Assembly (NCBI GenBank): GCA_051362555.1
Contig: CM120649.1
Span: 12,648,001-12,712,000 of the forward strand
From: Lingula anatina
Lineage: Eukaryota > Animalia > Brachiopoda
Length of the DNA: 64,000 bases
Direction: 5' to 3'
Shown here: positions 46,840 to 61,614 of the stretch, piece by piece
Layout of the letters: each line of letters begins with the position of its first letter
Numbering within the stretch: the stretch's first letter is position 1
Notes under the pieces: generated by a model
Databases searched by the model: none
The model's input: only the letters and a program-made list of their open reading frames with translations
Told to the model about the DNA's origin: nothing
Position numbers and translations under genes: made by a program

Positions 46840-47745
46840 ATGTCTTGTATTCCAGGTTTAGGGACTGCTATTAGCGGAGCAATGAGACGGGCGAGAGGGA
46901 GATTCTCCAACGCTGCCTCCTTCATTAGAAACAGAATAAGAAGATCCGCAAGAGTTGGGGTTCATCCCAACCTGGAACCTGTACCATTGCCTCCAGTACC
47001 CAAGGCTTTGGTAATTAATGTATCTCATTTTATTTGCTTATTTTTGTCAAGATTTGACCACTCTGCGTGCTGCTGTTAACTGGTGACTTTTGAAAATATA
47101 ATCTTACATATATCTACACGTTTTTCAGATTTTGCATTTTTCAATAGATTTGAAGACATGCAATGCACATAGACCTCCTTGCGGCAGATACGCGACGTCA
47201 TGTTAACGTCACGACGTCATATTGACGTAGTAATGACGCTGTGTGTTTGCGGGACTCCGCGCCTCTTTCTGCCTCAAAGTCTACACTTATTGCAATATAT
47301 CTACTCTGTTCTGGAAATTGCGCAACTTTCAATATTTGTTTCCAATACCAAAACTATTCAAATTCCTTTGGTTCTCATTGCCTCTTCTTTTGATGGATAG
47401 GAATTTTATGATACTCCATAACTAAAGAAGAATCATCTAATGAAAAAAATATTTTTGGAATCTTGAAAGTTTGAAATGAAACCTTCAGCCGACAGTGAAT
47501 AAAGAGGTCTGTTTCTAAATAATCATATATTTTGATAATCAACGGATTTAAGAGTTATATTATTTTATTTTCAGTTGCCAACCCTGGATATCGGGTTAAA
47601 AATCAAAATGAGGCAAGCCAAACTCAAGCCTGTAGAAGGCCACAGCGGCCAAGCAGGACAAGCGTGGGTCCTGCAGGGGGCTAGGCCCAAAACTGCTAGG
47701 CCAAAGTAAGTGGAATGTTGCCTTGTGTATTCTCTTTCTCTCTCT

Positions 47746-47796
<51 letters not shown>

Positions 47797-48665
47797 TTAT
47801 TAAGAATTATCCACCTTTTACATAAGTCAAATTTGTATCTTTTTTTCCCTAGGATCAGCCGCCCCAAAACAGCTGCCAAATCAAGGGAGGACCTGGAAAA
47901 TGAAGATGCACTCAATCGCCGCCAAGAGGCAATGCGCCAAAGGGCAGCAGAACTGAAAAAAAGATATGCGACTGCTTCCTCAGTAAGTGCCGTTTCAATT
48001 ATAGTATGGATTTTACTTTAAAGTTTGGCTTCACGCGAGGTGGTCAATTCAAATGCTAGAGTTTATAAAATTGATTAGAATTGAAATAAGAAGACCAAAT
48101 ATATGGTCTCAGATTATGCTAATTCCTCGTATGTATTCGTGAGCTTTCCTTATCTACTAAATGATGAACTTCTCAGTTTCTTGCAGTTTTTAGAAAAGAA
48201 AATAATATTAGTACATCAGGTCTTGATAACTTTTTTCTTAATTTCAGGCAGTAAAACGCCGCGCCTGGGCCGCTGAATCAACTAGAATCCTGACAACTGC
48301 GGAGGCCATCAAGCAGAAGGAGGCGGAGGCACAGAAACGCCTGGATGCCATCCGTGCCGCCAAGAAGGCCAAGCAGGAGGCTTTCGAGGCAAGGCGTGTC
48401 AAGGTAATGTTTGTTATTTTTCTCATTGTAAAAACGCTCGACTTTAATTCTAGATAAAACATGAGTATATACTTAACCAATTGATACTGATTGAACAATT
48501 ATTAAAGGTAAAACTGACAATGCATTTGTCCGTCTTTTTTAAATTCTTTCATTTCTTGTTTATTAATGGAGCCTTCTATTCTTATCAGTTCATTTGTTTA
48601 CTTTTCATTTTTTATAAATCTTATTTCAGGTCCTGAAGAAGAAGGCCGAAACAACAACACAGTAA
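46840..48665 (+). CDS. 207-aa basic/coiled-coil protein, weakly stathmin-domain-like, copy 1 (5 exons)
   Basis: Exons 46840-47010, 47575-47705, 47853-47982, 48248-48403 and 48630-48665; GT-AG introns with phases 0,2,0,0; 624 nt open. Contains RPKTA twice, GQAWVL, and a C-terminal charged helix LTTAEAIKQKEAEAQKRLDAIRAAKKAKQEAFEARR. Confidence 0.8.
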
Positions 48666-49127
48666 TAGGCCTGAAACGCACAAAGCAATTTATGCACAGA
48701 CACATTGTGTCTGAGCATCTTCCATGTCTCCCTTTTGTTTTGTATTATAAATTCATTTTTTTTCTTGGAGTAGATTTAGTTTTTAATCAAAATCATTATT
48801 TTTTGTTTGGCCAGGGTGGGGTGAGAAGGGTTCAAATATTTTTTTTTGTTTTGATTCACTAAATTGAGTTTTGTGTCACAGTCAGTTTTCATGTTTTCGT
48901 GTTCAATTCACCATGCTTTTTTTTTTTTTTTAATTTTATATTTTCTTTGCTTTTCTTTTTTTTTCTTTTGACTTGGGGGGGGGGGGTGGGTTAGGGTGGG
49001 AGTATGAGATTTGCAAAGTTGGATACGATCCTCTGGCACACTGTAAAAAGTTGTAAGATCGGTAGTCCCTGGCGTGGATGAAATATGCCCGTAAACTTGC
49101 CAACTAAATCTCTGATTTTTTTTTCTG

Positions 49128-49265
49128 GGGTTTTTATAGGGTAAAGGGTTTATTGGTGGGTTTTTAAAGGGTAAAGGGCTTTTTGGTGTTTTTTTTATAA
49201 AGGGTAAGGGGTTTTTGGTGTTTTTTTTTACAGGGTAAGGGATTTTTGGTGATTATTATGGGGTA
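49128..49265. repeat. ~28-30-bp G/T-rich minisatellite (copy at 55395-55535)
   Basis: agggtaa(a/g)gg..ttt.ggtg..ttttt repeated about 5 times. Confidence 0.8.
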
Positions 49266-52200
49266 AAATATTCAACAGTGGCTTTATAATCAATTTGTAC
49301 TTTTTTTCTTTCAAATTTTACAGCATTTTTTTAATTCGTTTTTTGGGTCTGAAAAGTACATGCATGGTTTTCATATTTTGAATTATAATTTAATTATTGA
49401 CAAGCTAAAACTAAAACAATATTTCCCTTTGGGATGGGAAAGGTTTTCACTTTCTTTCATGTGTCTGTATATTTGACAGCCCTGCTGTGTAATGCCACCA
49501 TGTCTCAGTGATCGTGAAAGTTACACCATCAGGGGAGAGACATGAGAAGTCATTGTTCCACCATCTTGTGACTATGGCTGTTGAAGTTTTAAGCATTCCA
49601 CTCATTAGCAATAGTTAAAATATCGTAAATTGACGATCGACATATTTGTTTCTTTACCACATGGTTTGTTTCAATTTTGAACAAGAGGTTATCATTTGTA
49701 ATTTTCATGTTTTCATAAGCATTTTGAATTTTAAATCAAAATCTATATTCCCTGAGGGTTTTGGATGTTTTATATTTCATATATGTGTCTGCATTTTTGA
49801 CAGCTTTGGTGTAAAATGCTACCATGTTTCAATGATCCTGAAAATTACACCATCAGGGGAGAGACAAGAGAAGTCATCATACCACCATCTTGCAATTATG
49901 GCTGTTGATGTTCTAAACATTCTGTGTCTCAGTAGCAACAGCCAAATAAGAGAAAAAATCTTTTTAGCACATAGCACAGCTACTAAAATTGTTTTCAACA
50001 AAAATTTCAATATTTAAATGCAAAATCAATGTCTACATCTTTGTTCTACTAATTCATCTATACCATTTAAGATATGTTCCATAGTTCCTCTATAAAAATG
50101 TCAAAGGCATAAAAATAATATGTAAAAAGAAAAGCTTATCGCAAATTTTATATCAAGCATCACTGCATTTGTGCAGATAAAACTTAAATAAATACCTACA
50201 TTAGTAACATTCTTTGTCCTTAGTGAAATACATCTGTTTTAATGCGTTATAAGTAATGATTTTGGTTTATATTTTATCTTTGTGTATAATTGTTATAACT
50301 ATTTTAATTATTTTGGTAAGAGAAGTTTTTTGAAGTTATTATTGTATCAGGGAAAATTATTATCATTGTGAATTTTTTTTATTCAGATTTTGTGTATCCT
50401 ATGTTTAATCTCCAAGAAAATAAAATGCTAACATTGTGAGTGATAAACATTCCCTTACTTTGGTTGTCTTTCAACTTCAAACCGTGTTAGGGTTTATATT
50501 TTTTTATTCTTGAGTGTATCTTAACAATTTTCAAGCTCTTTGTAATTAAAATAATTGTATGAACACGCGCGCACACACACACCGACAGAGAGAGAGAATT
50601 GGATACTAGTAAGGAGCATCTACTTGTGCTATTGTGCACTCGTAAAGTATGCTAAAAATGTAAACAAAGAATTGTACAAATCAAAGAGACATGACATTGA
50701 ACAAAATATAAGAAATGTCAAACATCTTTGCTCTAATTTTGATTTACTTCAGCTTAAATTTCATACAAATAATTACATAGATACATATGGCCTTATATAA
50801 TGAAATGTATAGTAGTTTGCATCTCAATGTTAATATCTCTTAAACAAAAGAACAGTTGTTGCATAGCACAAAATTAGAAGCAGTACACAAAGTTCTCCCG
50901 ATTACAATTATATTTTACCTTTGATCGGAGGAAGAAATAAATAATTCCAGTGAAGCACATGATCTGTATCAATAAAAACAGAGAAGTAAAATGCACTTAA
51001 TAATATATATCATCCTGGTATATAAATGATATTATTTAATCTCCATAATTTAAGCTGATCATCAAAAATACTGCCTTGATCTACGATGTTGAGAACACAG
51101 CAAGAACACAAAATTGTGAAGCATAAAAAATTTGAATTTCTAATTGAACCAAGGCCAAAGTACTTACTTGACTGTTAGAGAGAAATTACTTGATCTTCAT
51201 GATATATAAATTGCCAAGTTTGTCACTGACTGGGAGGGAAAAAATGAACATATCTTTAAATGAACTAAATTCCCCAACATCACTTTTGCTTAAATCACCT
51301 TCAACTGATTTAAGAAATCTGCCTTTGCAAAATCCTGTAAGAATTTTTACCAACAGAATCTCAAGGGCTGCATTTTTCCTTAGTCCTGATTTGACGAAGT
51401 ATTAATAAAATTGCAGTTAAAAAACATCGAAAGCCCTCAAACTAGCCAACTCCTATTTTCAATATCTTATTTATACAACTTAAAGTTTCAGCGTCAATAT
51501 ATAGATCTGCAGCAGATGGCAAAATGTCTAACACAGAGACAACATAGAAGTAACTTAATGCCCGTGTTTCCATTCAAGTTGGATCTACCTATCTTGGTAC
51601 AGCCTATCTCAGCATGTTGTCTGCTTATCAAAAAATCATGTAAGGTTGTTAAAAAATGTTATCCACTCCACCTACAACCTTCATAAGGCAAGAAACTAGA
51701 CTGGCTCCCTGCAATAAATCATACTAATCCGACCCATTTCAAGCTAGTTTAACTCATTATCTCAAGATACTGTGTTTGTGAAGGTTGGTAAGTTTAATTG
51801 GCTTTTTTGTCTATTTTCATATTCACATTAAACAAAAATGTAAACAAGTATATTTATAATACTGTTATTATACTTTAGAATTGCTGAAAAGTTGTGATGT
51901 CATGTATACTTTTTAACGACTACGACTACGACCCAAATTTAAATATTTTCAAAAGTAAAAAAGAAAAGAAAGAAAGAAAAAACTATCGCGAAGATGCTAC
52001 AAAATAATGAGCATCAAACATCTCTGTAATGATATATACGAACGCTTCGTTATTTATATTGTTTGACATTTTATATAAAAAGCATTTTGAATTCCTGCAT
52101 GAAGCAATGAATTTAAGATAAAAACAAAAGAAGTGCCATATAAATGGTAAATAATTGCATGTAAGAAACGTCCTTATTTAGCTATGATGTCCTAAACTTA

Positions 52201-53119
52201 AAATCGATGGTCAGGGGCGGATCCAGGATTATTTGAAGGGGGGGGGGGGTGCGACAGGCCTCGGATGCGTAGCCGACTATCGGTGCCTTGGTGTGGGTTC
52301 TTGGCCTGCTCAAAGGCCCCGAAATATTTTGGTGTTTTGGAGAGTAAACAGTGCCCTTTGGCACGGTTTAGAACTATTTAGATAGTCAAAATTGTCATTT
52401 CAAGAGGGGAATATTGGTGTGATACATTTTTCAGGACCCTTCTGACCCCCATCTTAATCCGCCACTAATGGTTAAGGGTGTACATTTAAAAGTTGCACAG
52501 TGAATATATTTAATGAAATCTATAAGACCCACCGAAAAAAATGAATTAAAAATAATGATAGCAGGTTGTATTGTTTTTCGTTAAACATTTCAATCATTAA
52601 AATAAGACATAAACCAGTCCAATAGGCCAAAAGCATCTAATGCTTAATGATCTTACTAATATCTCTATATGTACATTAGGAGAGGGACTCTATGAGGGAG
52701 AGTAAAAACAGAAAATATGCCCACTAATTTTGAGAAAAGTCAACTTTACCAAAATTTTGGCATTCATTTCAACTGAATATAATTCATTTCAAAGAATTTC
52801 ATTCATAAAATTAAATGGATATGAACGCTAGATGTCAGCATGGTATGTTATATCTTTACATATTTCACGTGTATTAAATTTTATTTTTATTTATAAATGT
52901 TTCATTAATCTGATTGGGAAAAACTCAGTTTGCCATGCAAAAGAAAAAAAGCGGAATAGGGCCAATCATATTCGTTATACACTGTGACGTCATAGTAGAA
53001 AAGCCCATCATGACGTGCGCTTTCTATAGAAACGTCAACAGTCAGTAGACAATGGAGTACTCTATTGTACGGACGTTTTTAATTGTTTCCACAAAAATCT
53101 GTCCATATCAAAGTCAAAA

Positions 53120-54936
53120 ATGTCTTGCATTCCAGGTTTAGGGAATGCTATTAGCAGCGCAATGAGACGGGCGAGAGGAAGGCTTTCAAATGCTGCCTCC
53201 TTTATTAGAAACAGAATAAGAAGATCCGCAAGAGTTGGGGTTCATCCCAACGTGGAACCAGTACCTATGCCGCCAGTACCCAAGGCTTTGGTAATTAATG
53301 TATCTCATTTTATTTGCTTATTTTTGTCAAGATTTGACCACTCTGCGTAATGCTGTTAACTGGTGACTTTTGAAAATATAATCTTACATATATCTACACG
53401 TTTTTCAGATTTTGCATTTTTCAATAGATTTGAAGACATGCAATGCACATAGACCTCCTTGCGGCAGATACGCGACGTCATTTTAACGTCACGACGTCAT
53501 ATTGACGTAGTAATGACGCTGTGTGTTTGCGGGACTCCGCGCCTCTTTCTGCCTCAAAGTCTTCACTTATCGCAATATATCTACCCTGTTCTGGAAATTG
53601 CGCAACTTTCAATATTTGTTTCCAATACCAAAACTATTCAAATTCCTTTGGTTCTCATTGCCTCTTCTTTTGATGGATAGGAATTTTATGATACTCCATA
53701 GATCTAACTAAAGAAGAATCATCTAATGAAAAAAATATTTTTGGAATCTTGAAAGTTTGAAATGAAACCTTCAGCCGACAGTGAATAAAGAGGTCTGTTT
53801 CTAAATAATCATATATTTTGATAATCAACGGATTTAAGAGTTATATTATTTTATTTTCAGTTGCCAACCCTGGATATCGGGTTAAAAATCAAAATGAGGC
53901 AAGCCAAACTCAAGCCTGTAGAAGGCCACAGCGGCCAAGCAGGACAAGCGTGGGTCCTGCAGGGGGCTAGGCCCAAAACTGCTAGGCCAAAGTAAGTGGA
54001 ATGTTGCCTTGTGTATTCTCTTTCTCTCTCTCCTTCTCTCTCTCTCTCTCCCTCTTCTCACACACACACACTTATTAAGAATTATCCACTTTTTACATAA
54101 GTCAAATTTGTATCTTTTTTCCCTAGGATCAGCCGCCCCAAAACAGCTGCCAAATCAAGGGAGGACCTGGAAAATGAAGATGCACTCAATCGCCGCCAAG
54201 AGGCAATGCGCCAAAGGGCAGCAGAACTGAAAAAAAGATATGCGACTGCTTCCTCAGTAAGTGCCGTTTCAATTATAGTATGAATTTTACTTTAAAGTTT
54301 GGCTTCACGCGAGGTGGTCAATTCAAATGCTAGAGTTTATAAAAGTGATTAGAATTGAAATAAGGAGACCAAATATATGGTCTCAGATTATGCTAATTCC
54401 TCGTATGTATTCGTGAACTTTCCTTATCTACTAAATGATGAACTTCTCAGTTTCTTGCAGTTTTTAGAAATAAAATAATATTAGTACATCAGGTCTTGAT
54501 AACTTTTTTCTTAATTTCAGGCAGTAAAACGCCGCGCCTGGGCCGCTGAATCAACTAGAATCCTGACAACTGCGGAGGCCATCAAGCAGAAGGAGGCGGA
54601 GGCACAGAAACGCCTGGATGCCATCCGTGCCGCCAAGAAGGCCAAGCAGGAGGCTTTCGAGGCAAGGCGTGTCAAGGTAATGTTTGTTATTTTTCTCATT
54701 GTAAAAAGCTCGACTTAATTCTAGATAAAACATGAGTATATACTTAACCAATTGATACTGATTGAACAATTATTAAAGGTAAAACTGACAATGCATTTGT
54801 CCGTCTTTTATAAATTCTTTCATTTCTTGTTTATTAATGGAGCCTTCTATTCTTATCAGTTCATTTGTTTACTTTTCATTTTTTATAAATCTTATTTCAG
54901 GTCCTGAAGAAGAAGGCCGAAACAACAACACAGTAA
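53120..54936 (+). CDS. 207-aa basic/coiled-coil protein, copy 2 (5 exons)
   Basis: Exons 53120-53290, 53861-53991, 54127-54256, 54521-54676 and 54901-54936; same phases as copy 1, with an intact frame. Confidence 0.8.
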
Positions 54937-57900
54937 TAGGCCTGAAACGCACAAAGCAATTTATGCACAGACACATTGTGTCTGAGCATCTTCCATGTCT
55001 CCCTTTTGTTTTGTATTATAAATTCATTTTTTTTCTTGGAGTAGATTTAGTTTTTAATCAAAATCATTATTTTTTGTTTGGCCAGGGTGGGGTGAGAAGG
55101 GTTCAAATATTTTTTTTTGTTTTGATTCACTAAATTGAGTTTTGTGTCACAGTCAGTTTTCATGTTTTCGTGTTCTATTCACCATGCTTTTTTTTTTTTA
55201 AATTTTTATATTTTCTTTGCTTTTCTTTTTTTTTCTTTTGACTTGGGGGGGGGGGGGGGTTAGGGTGGGAGTATGAGATTTGCAAAGTTGGATACGATCC
55301 TCTGGCACACTGTAAAAAGTTGTAAGATCGGTAGTCCCTGGCGTGGATGAAATATGCCCGTAAACTTGCCAACTAAATCTCTGATTTTTTCTCTGGGGTT
55401 TTTATAGGGTAAAGGGTTTATTGGTGGGTTTTTAAAGGGTAAAGGGCTTTTTGGTGTTTTTTTTTATAAAGGGTAAGGGGTTTTTGGTGTTTTTTTTTAT
55501 AGGGTAAGGGATTTTTGGTGATAATTATGGGGTAAAATATTCAACAGTGGATTAACAATCAATTTGTACTTTTTTTCTTTCAAATTTTACAGAATTTTTC
55601 TAGTTCGTTTTTTGGGTCTGAGAAGTACATGCATGGTTTTCATATTATAATTATAATTTAATTTTTGACAAGCTAAAACTAAAACAATATTTCCCTTTGG
55701 GATGGGAAAGGTTTTCACTTTCTTTCATGTGTCTGTATATTTGACAGCCCTGCTGTGTAATGCCACCATGTCTCAGTGATCGTGAAAGTTACACCATCAG
55801 GGGAGAGACATGAGAAGTCATTGTTCCACCATCTTGTGACTATGGCTGTTAAAGTTTTAAGCATTCCATTCATTAGCAATAGTTAAAATATTTTAAATTG
55901 ACGATCGACATATTTGTTTCTTTACCACATGGTTTGTTTCAATTTTGAACAAGAGGTTATCATTTGTAATTTTCATGTTTTCATAAGCAATTTGAAATTT
56001 AAATCAAAATCTATATTCCCTGAGGGTTTTGGATGTTTTATATTTCATATATGTGTCTGTATTTTTGACAGCTTTGGTGTATAATGCTATCAATGATCCT
56101 GAAAATTACACCATCAGGGGAGAGACAAGAGAAGTCATCATACCACCATCTTGCAATTATGGCTGTTGATGTTCTAAACATTCTGTCTCAGTAGCAACAG
56201 CCAAATAAGAGAAAAAAATCTTTTTAGCACATAGCACAGCTACTAAAATTGTTTTCAACAAAAATGTCAATATTTAAATGCAAAATCAATGTCTACATCT
56301 TTGTTCTACTAATTCATCTATACCATTTAAGATATGTTCCATAGTTCCTCTATAAAAATGTCAAAGGCATAAAAATAATATGTAAAAAGAAAAGCTTATC
56401 GCAAATTTTATATCAAGCATCACTGCATTTGTGCAGATAAAACTTAAATAAATACCTACATTAGTAACATTCTTTGTCCTTAGTGAAATACATCTGTTTT
56501 AATGCGTTATAAGTAATGATTTTGGTTTATATTTTATCTTTGTGTATAATTGTTATAACTATTTTAATTATTTTGGTAAGAGAAGTTTTTTGAAGTTATT
56601 ATTGTATCAGGGAAAATTATTATCATTGTGAATTTTTTTTATTCAGATTTTGTGTATCCTATGTTTAATCTCCAAGAAAATAAAATGCTAACATTGTGAG
56701 TGATAAACATTCCCTTACTTTGGTTGTCTTTCAACTTCAAACCGTGTTAGGGTTTATATTTTTTTATTCTTGAGTGTATCTTAACAATTTTCAAGCTCTT
56801 TGTAATTAAAATAATTGTATGAACACGCGCACACACATACCGACAGAGAGAGAGAATTGGATACTAGTAAGGAGCATCTACTTGTGCTATTGTGCACTCA
56901 TAAAGTATGCTAAAAATGTAAACAAAGAATTGTACAAAATTAAAGAGACATGACATTGAACAAAATATAAGAAATGTCAAACATATTTGCTCTAATTTTG
57001 ATTAATTTCAGCTTTAATTTCATACAAATAAATACATAGATACATATGGCCTTCTATAATGAAATGTATAGTAGTTTGCATCTCAATGTTAATATCTCTT
57101 AAACAAAAGAACAGTTGTTGCATAGCACAAAAGTAGAAGCAGTACACAAAGTTCTCCCGATTACAATTATATTTTACCTTTGATCGGAGGAAGAAATAAA
57201 TAATTCCAGTGAAGCACATGATCTGTATCAATAAAAACAGAGAAGTAAAATGCACTTAATAATATATATTATCCTGGTATATAAATGACATTATTTAATC
57301 TCCATAATTTATGCTGATCATCAAAAATACTGTCTTGATCTAAGATGCTGAAAACAAAGCAAGAACACAAAATTGTGAAGCATAAAATATTTGAATTTCT
57401 AACTGAACAAAGGCCAAAGTACTCACTTGACTGTTAGAGAGAAATTACTTGATCTTCATGATATATAAATTGCCAAGTTTGTCACTGACTGGGAGGGAAA
57501 AAAATTGAACATATCTTTAAATGAACTTAATTCCCCAACATCACTTTTGCTTAAATCACCTTCAACTGATTAAAGAAATCTGCCTTTGCAAAATCCTGTG
57601 AGAATTTTTACCAACAGAATCTCAAGGGCTGCATTTTTCCTTAGTCCTGATTTGACGAAGTATTAATAAAATTGCAGTTAAAAAAACATCGAAAGCCCTC
57701 AAACTATCCAGCTCCTATTTTCAATATCTTATTTATACAACTTAAAGTTTCAGCGTCAATATATAGATCTGCAGCAGATGGCAAAATGTCTAACACAGAG
57801 ACAACATAGAAGTAACTTAATGCCCGTGTTTCCATTCAAGTTGGATCTACCTATCTTGGTACAGCCCATCTCAGCATGTTGTCTGCTTATCAAAAAATCA

Positions 57901-58289
57901 TGTAAGGTTGTTAAAAAATGTTATCCACTCCACCTACAACCTTCATAAGGCAAGAAACTAGACTGGCTCCCTGCAATAAATCATAGTAATCGGACCAATT
58001 TCAAGCTAGGTTAACTCATTTTGGATGGAAACATGGCATAAGAGACTCAGAATCTTCAAAATAAAGCAGTACTCATATTAGCCTTTTAAATGTTACAGCC
58101 AAACTTGAGTACAGGAGTTGAGAGAGGCACACGGAAAAGCTCTTACTGGGCACACACTGCAGCTATATCTATTTTTACTGTTTTTTACTGTTTACACCCA
58201 AGAGATTGTGTATATCTGTAAACATCTATCAAATTTCCTTTATATATATATCACATTTTACAAACACCTTAGACTTTTCATAAAGGTGG

Positions 58290-60446
58290 CTATCTCAGTG
58301 ACCCCGAAGACACCAAAGATGTCGAGGATGACTGGCGTTTTATATGATTTGTGAATACTTTGATAGCACCAGTGAAGTCTGCAGAGAGAAAAACGTCACC
58401 GCACGCAGCATCTGCCCTCTTGAGGCTGCCATCTTTCTTCTGGTGATCACCAGGTGGAGTGTCTGTAGCTTCCTCAGTGGGGGGAAGTAGGAGAGATGGA
58501 TTAGGAGCAAATATGGCTGCCGTGACCACAGCGTTGTGAGCTGGAAAAAACAAAGTCAGTGATTTGAACATGCACTGAATCTGAATTCTAAAATCAAAAT
58601 GCCATTTTCTGGAGATGACTGAGATTCAAAAACAGTGATAATCAGCTCAGTCAGAATCTACGGAATATAGATGAGATATAGGTCCTCATTCCATGTACAG
58701 CAGAGTGTCTAGTACGGAACTCAATTTCCATTCTTTAGTGTTCAAAACCATTTATACCTTTAATTCCTTCCCAGAAGTCATTCCTGTCTCTTCTGGCGGA
58801 TGAAAACTTGTGGAATTCATGCTGGGTCTTCCAGATGTAGATGAACTGATCTTCAGAGCCACAAATAATGTGCTTTCCATTGTGACTGAAACAGAAATTG
58901 AGCCCTTATTTCATTGTCAAAATACAAGCAGTTTTTTTTTGAATGGACACAAAAGATTGTTTAAAATTTCCATGATTTTTAAAAATTTCTAGTTAATGAA
59001 ATTGACTAACAGGCTTGTAGCACCTGTAAAACTTCTTCAGCCAATAAATATGCCTCATTAGAAAAAAATCATGCTCTATCTGAACATCCAGTACAATTGC
59101 AATGGCAGATCCAAATGGGACACAGGAATCTTATGCACCCCCTTCCCCCCTCCCCAAAAATAGCTGAAAAACAAAACAAGACAAAAAACAAGAGACTTCT
59201 CCATCCCTGTTCCCTACATTTCATTTATCCTAAAAAAAAATCTTAATCTCCATTCCCCAATCCCCCCCCCCCCAGCCAAAATTTAGATCTGCCAATAAAA
59301 TATAATAATGTCTCGCCATACCTGAACCCAGCTTTGATTTGACTGCTCGTGTTGGCACATCCTTTGTATTTACATGTGAGCGTAAGATCGCGCAGGTCGT
59401 ACAGGCGTATGCGGGAGTCGTTGGAAGTGACCAGCACTTTATCCTCTCCCGGCATTGGCTCGATGCCACTGATTTTTCTTCCTCTCGCGTTACGACCGCG
59501 TGTTGAACGCACATGAATTAACGTGTAGTATTTCAATTGCTGAAATGAGAATTGGAAAACGTGAAACCTTGTAATCTGGTAGAATAAAAGGAACGCCGAA
59601 AATTGTTTGTATGAATCTTTAATGGGTATCACATGACATGTTTGAAACCAGGCTGCTTTACAAAAAGTTGTCTAGTCACTCTCATTAAATTTTGGAAATG
59701 GGAATTTGTGAATTTCACTCATAACAGTGAACATTTTAACCTTAATCCTTTAATTAAAAGTGGATTTACAAATCATAATTTTCTCGACAGTTTCTGACAG
59801 CCTGGGTATACCTTGGTGATTCAGTAAAAACTGCAGAAATTTCACTTTTCACATCATTTCTTTTTGCCACATTAAGGTCCACTCTCACGGTGTGCTTTTA
59901 ATAACTTACATCAGTACTATAAAATATGCATCTTCCGTCGTATGTCCCCACCACTGCAAACTTTCCATTTTGACAGAAATTGGCAGCAGTGATGAGCTTA
60001 GTGTGTCCGCTGACCTCATTCCACAAGGCGACCTTCTTGTCTGGGATGTTCCAGAGGCGCAATGTGCCGTCTAAAGAGCCACTGAGGAAATACCTGTCAT
60101 CCTGAGAAATAGAGAAAAAAGATGGTAATATTTCATTACTTTCAGTACTTTTTGATGAACTATATTACTATTGGTTTAATTATATGGTTTGATGAAAAAA
60201 ATTACTTATCATGACTTTTGTTTGATTTAATTCTAAGGGTTTTATTAAACCTAAGACCCCATCTCCTGTGACACTAACCTTGGGATGAAATACAATAGCT
60301 GTCACAAAGTCTATGTGCTGGAAGCAGCAGAGGCACTCCCTTCTGGAGATGTGCCAAAGTCTCACTGTCTTGTCCATGGATGAGGAGAGGATGAAGTAAT
60401 TCTGAAAATGATTAAAAAATTACATATATTGTGTGTGAATGTTTGT

Positions 60447-60484
<38 letters not shown>

Positions 60485-61394
60485 ACATGTGCATGCATGC
60501 TTCTGCGACAGAGAATTCTTTAATACTCAACTCATTATTTAAGAAGAACTGAAGCCGTGAATGGAGGGAAGTTACTGTGTAATTGTGTACACCAGATACC
60601 AAAAGTGTGTGTATATCTATTCAAAATCATTACTTCAACTACAGTACAGTCTAAACAATGCGTACTGTACAGTCTAAACAACACTTTATCACATCATAAA
60701 GTAAATAAATAAAATTTCCAAAGAAAAAGAAAAAAAAAAAAAAACAGGTCCAGCACCACCCACCTTGGACCAGGAGAGATCCAGAACATCCCCAGAGTGT
60801 CCTCTGTATGTACACAATGGCTTCTTCATGAATGGGGCGTCCTCTTCCTCCTCCTCCTCTTCTGTACCAGTAGCTCCAGATGCCTATGATGAAGGAAAAA
60901 CCACATTACAATAAATAATGTGACAACAAACAAATTTATTCAGGAATTTTAGGCCTCCAGCCCATAGTGCCCATATTAGAATGTTTATATAATTGTATTG
61001 CTAGTGCCCTTTACTATATTTTACAATCAACAAACTATTAGATATTTCTTTACACAAGCAGAACAGTGAACAGATGCATACTTTGAATATAAAATTCATT
61101 CATCAAGATATTCAAATTCCTCAAGAACCCCCAAGAAAACTAATAAAATGCTCGAAGTACTTCAAACAAACCCTCTTACACCAGAACATCAAACCAACTA
61201 CATTATTTTAACTAATTCTGTGACAGTAAAGCACTTTTAATGCATTCTCTGAACAATGTTGAAGTTTTTAGAGATTATTTGGTAAAAGTACACCTCACCC
61301 CTTGTTCTGTCTGTGCGTCTGCAGACTGTACGGAGTCCAGACTTTCCTGGGATGGGGCCGGAGACACCTTGGCTGAGAGTGGAAAATAGCATTG

Positions 61395-61431
<37 letters not shown>

Positions 61432-61571
61432 CAACAACAACAACAATAACAATTATAATGATAATAATAATAATAATGTGTGTTTGAGAGGAGTTTCATA
61501 CTATGTACACATTTTTTATTTTTACTTATTTCAATAGTCAGAATAATAATAATAATAATAATATTTTTACA

Positions 61572-61614
<43 letters not shown>

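Larger units (their letters stand above)
45398..58020. repeat. ~6.3-kb direct tandem segmental duplication (about 45398-51758 and 51757-58020)
   Basis: The two units are collinear and near-identical throughout, from ctgtgtttg.gaaggttggtaagtttaattgg at about 45417 and 51770 to ttcaagctag.ttaactcatt ending at 51758 and 58020. Confidence 0.95.
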
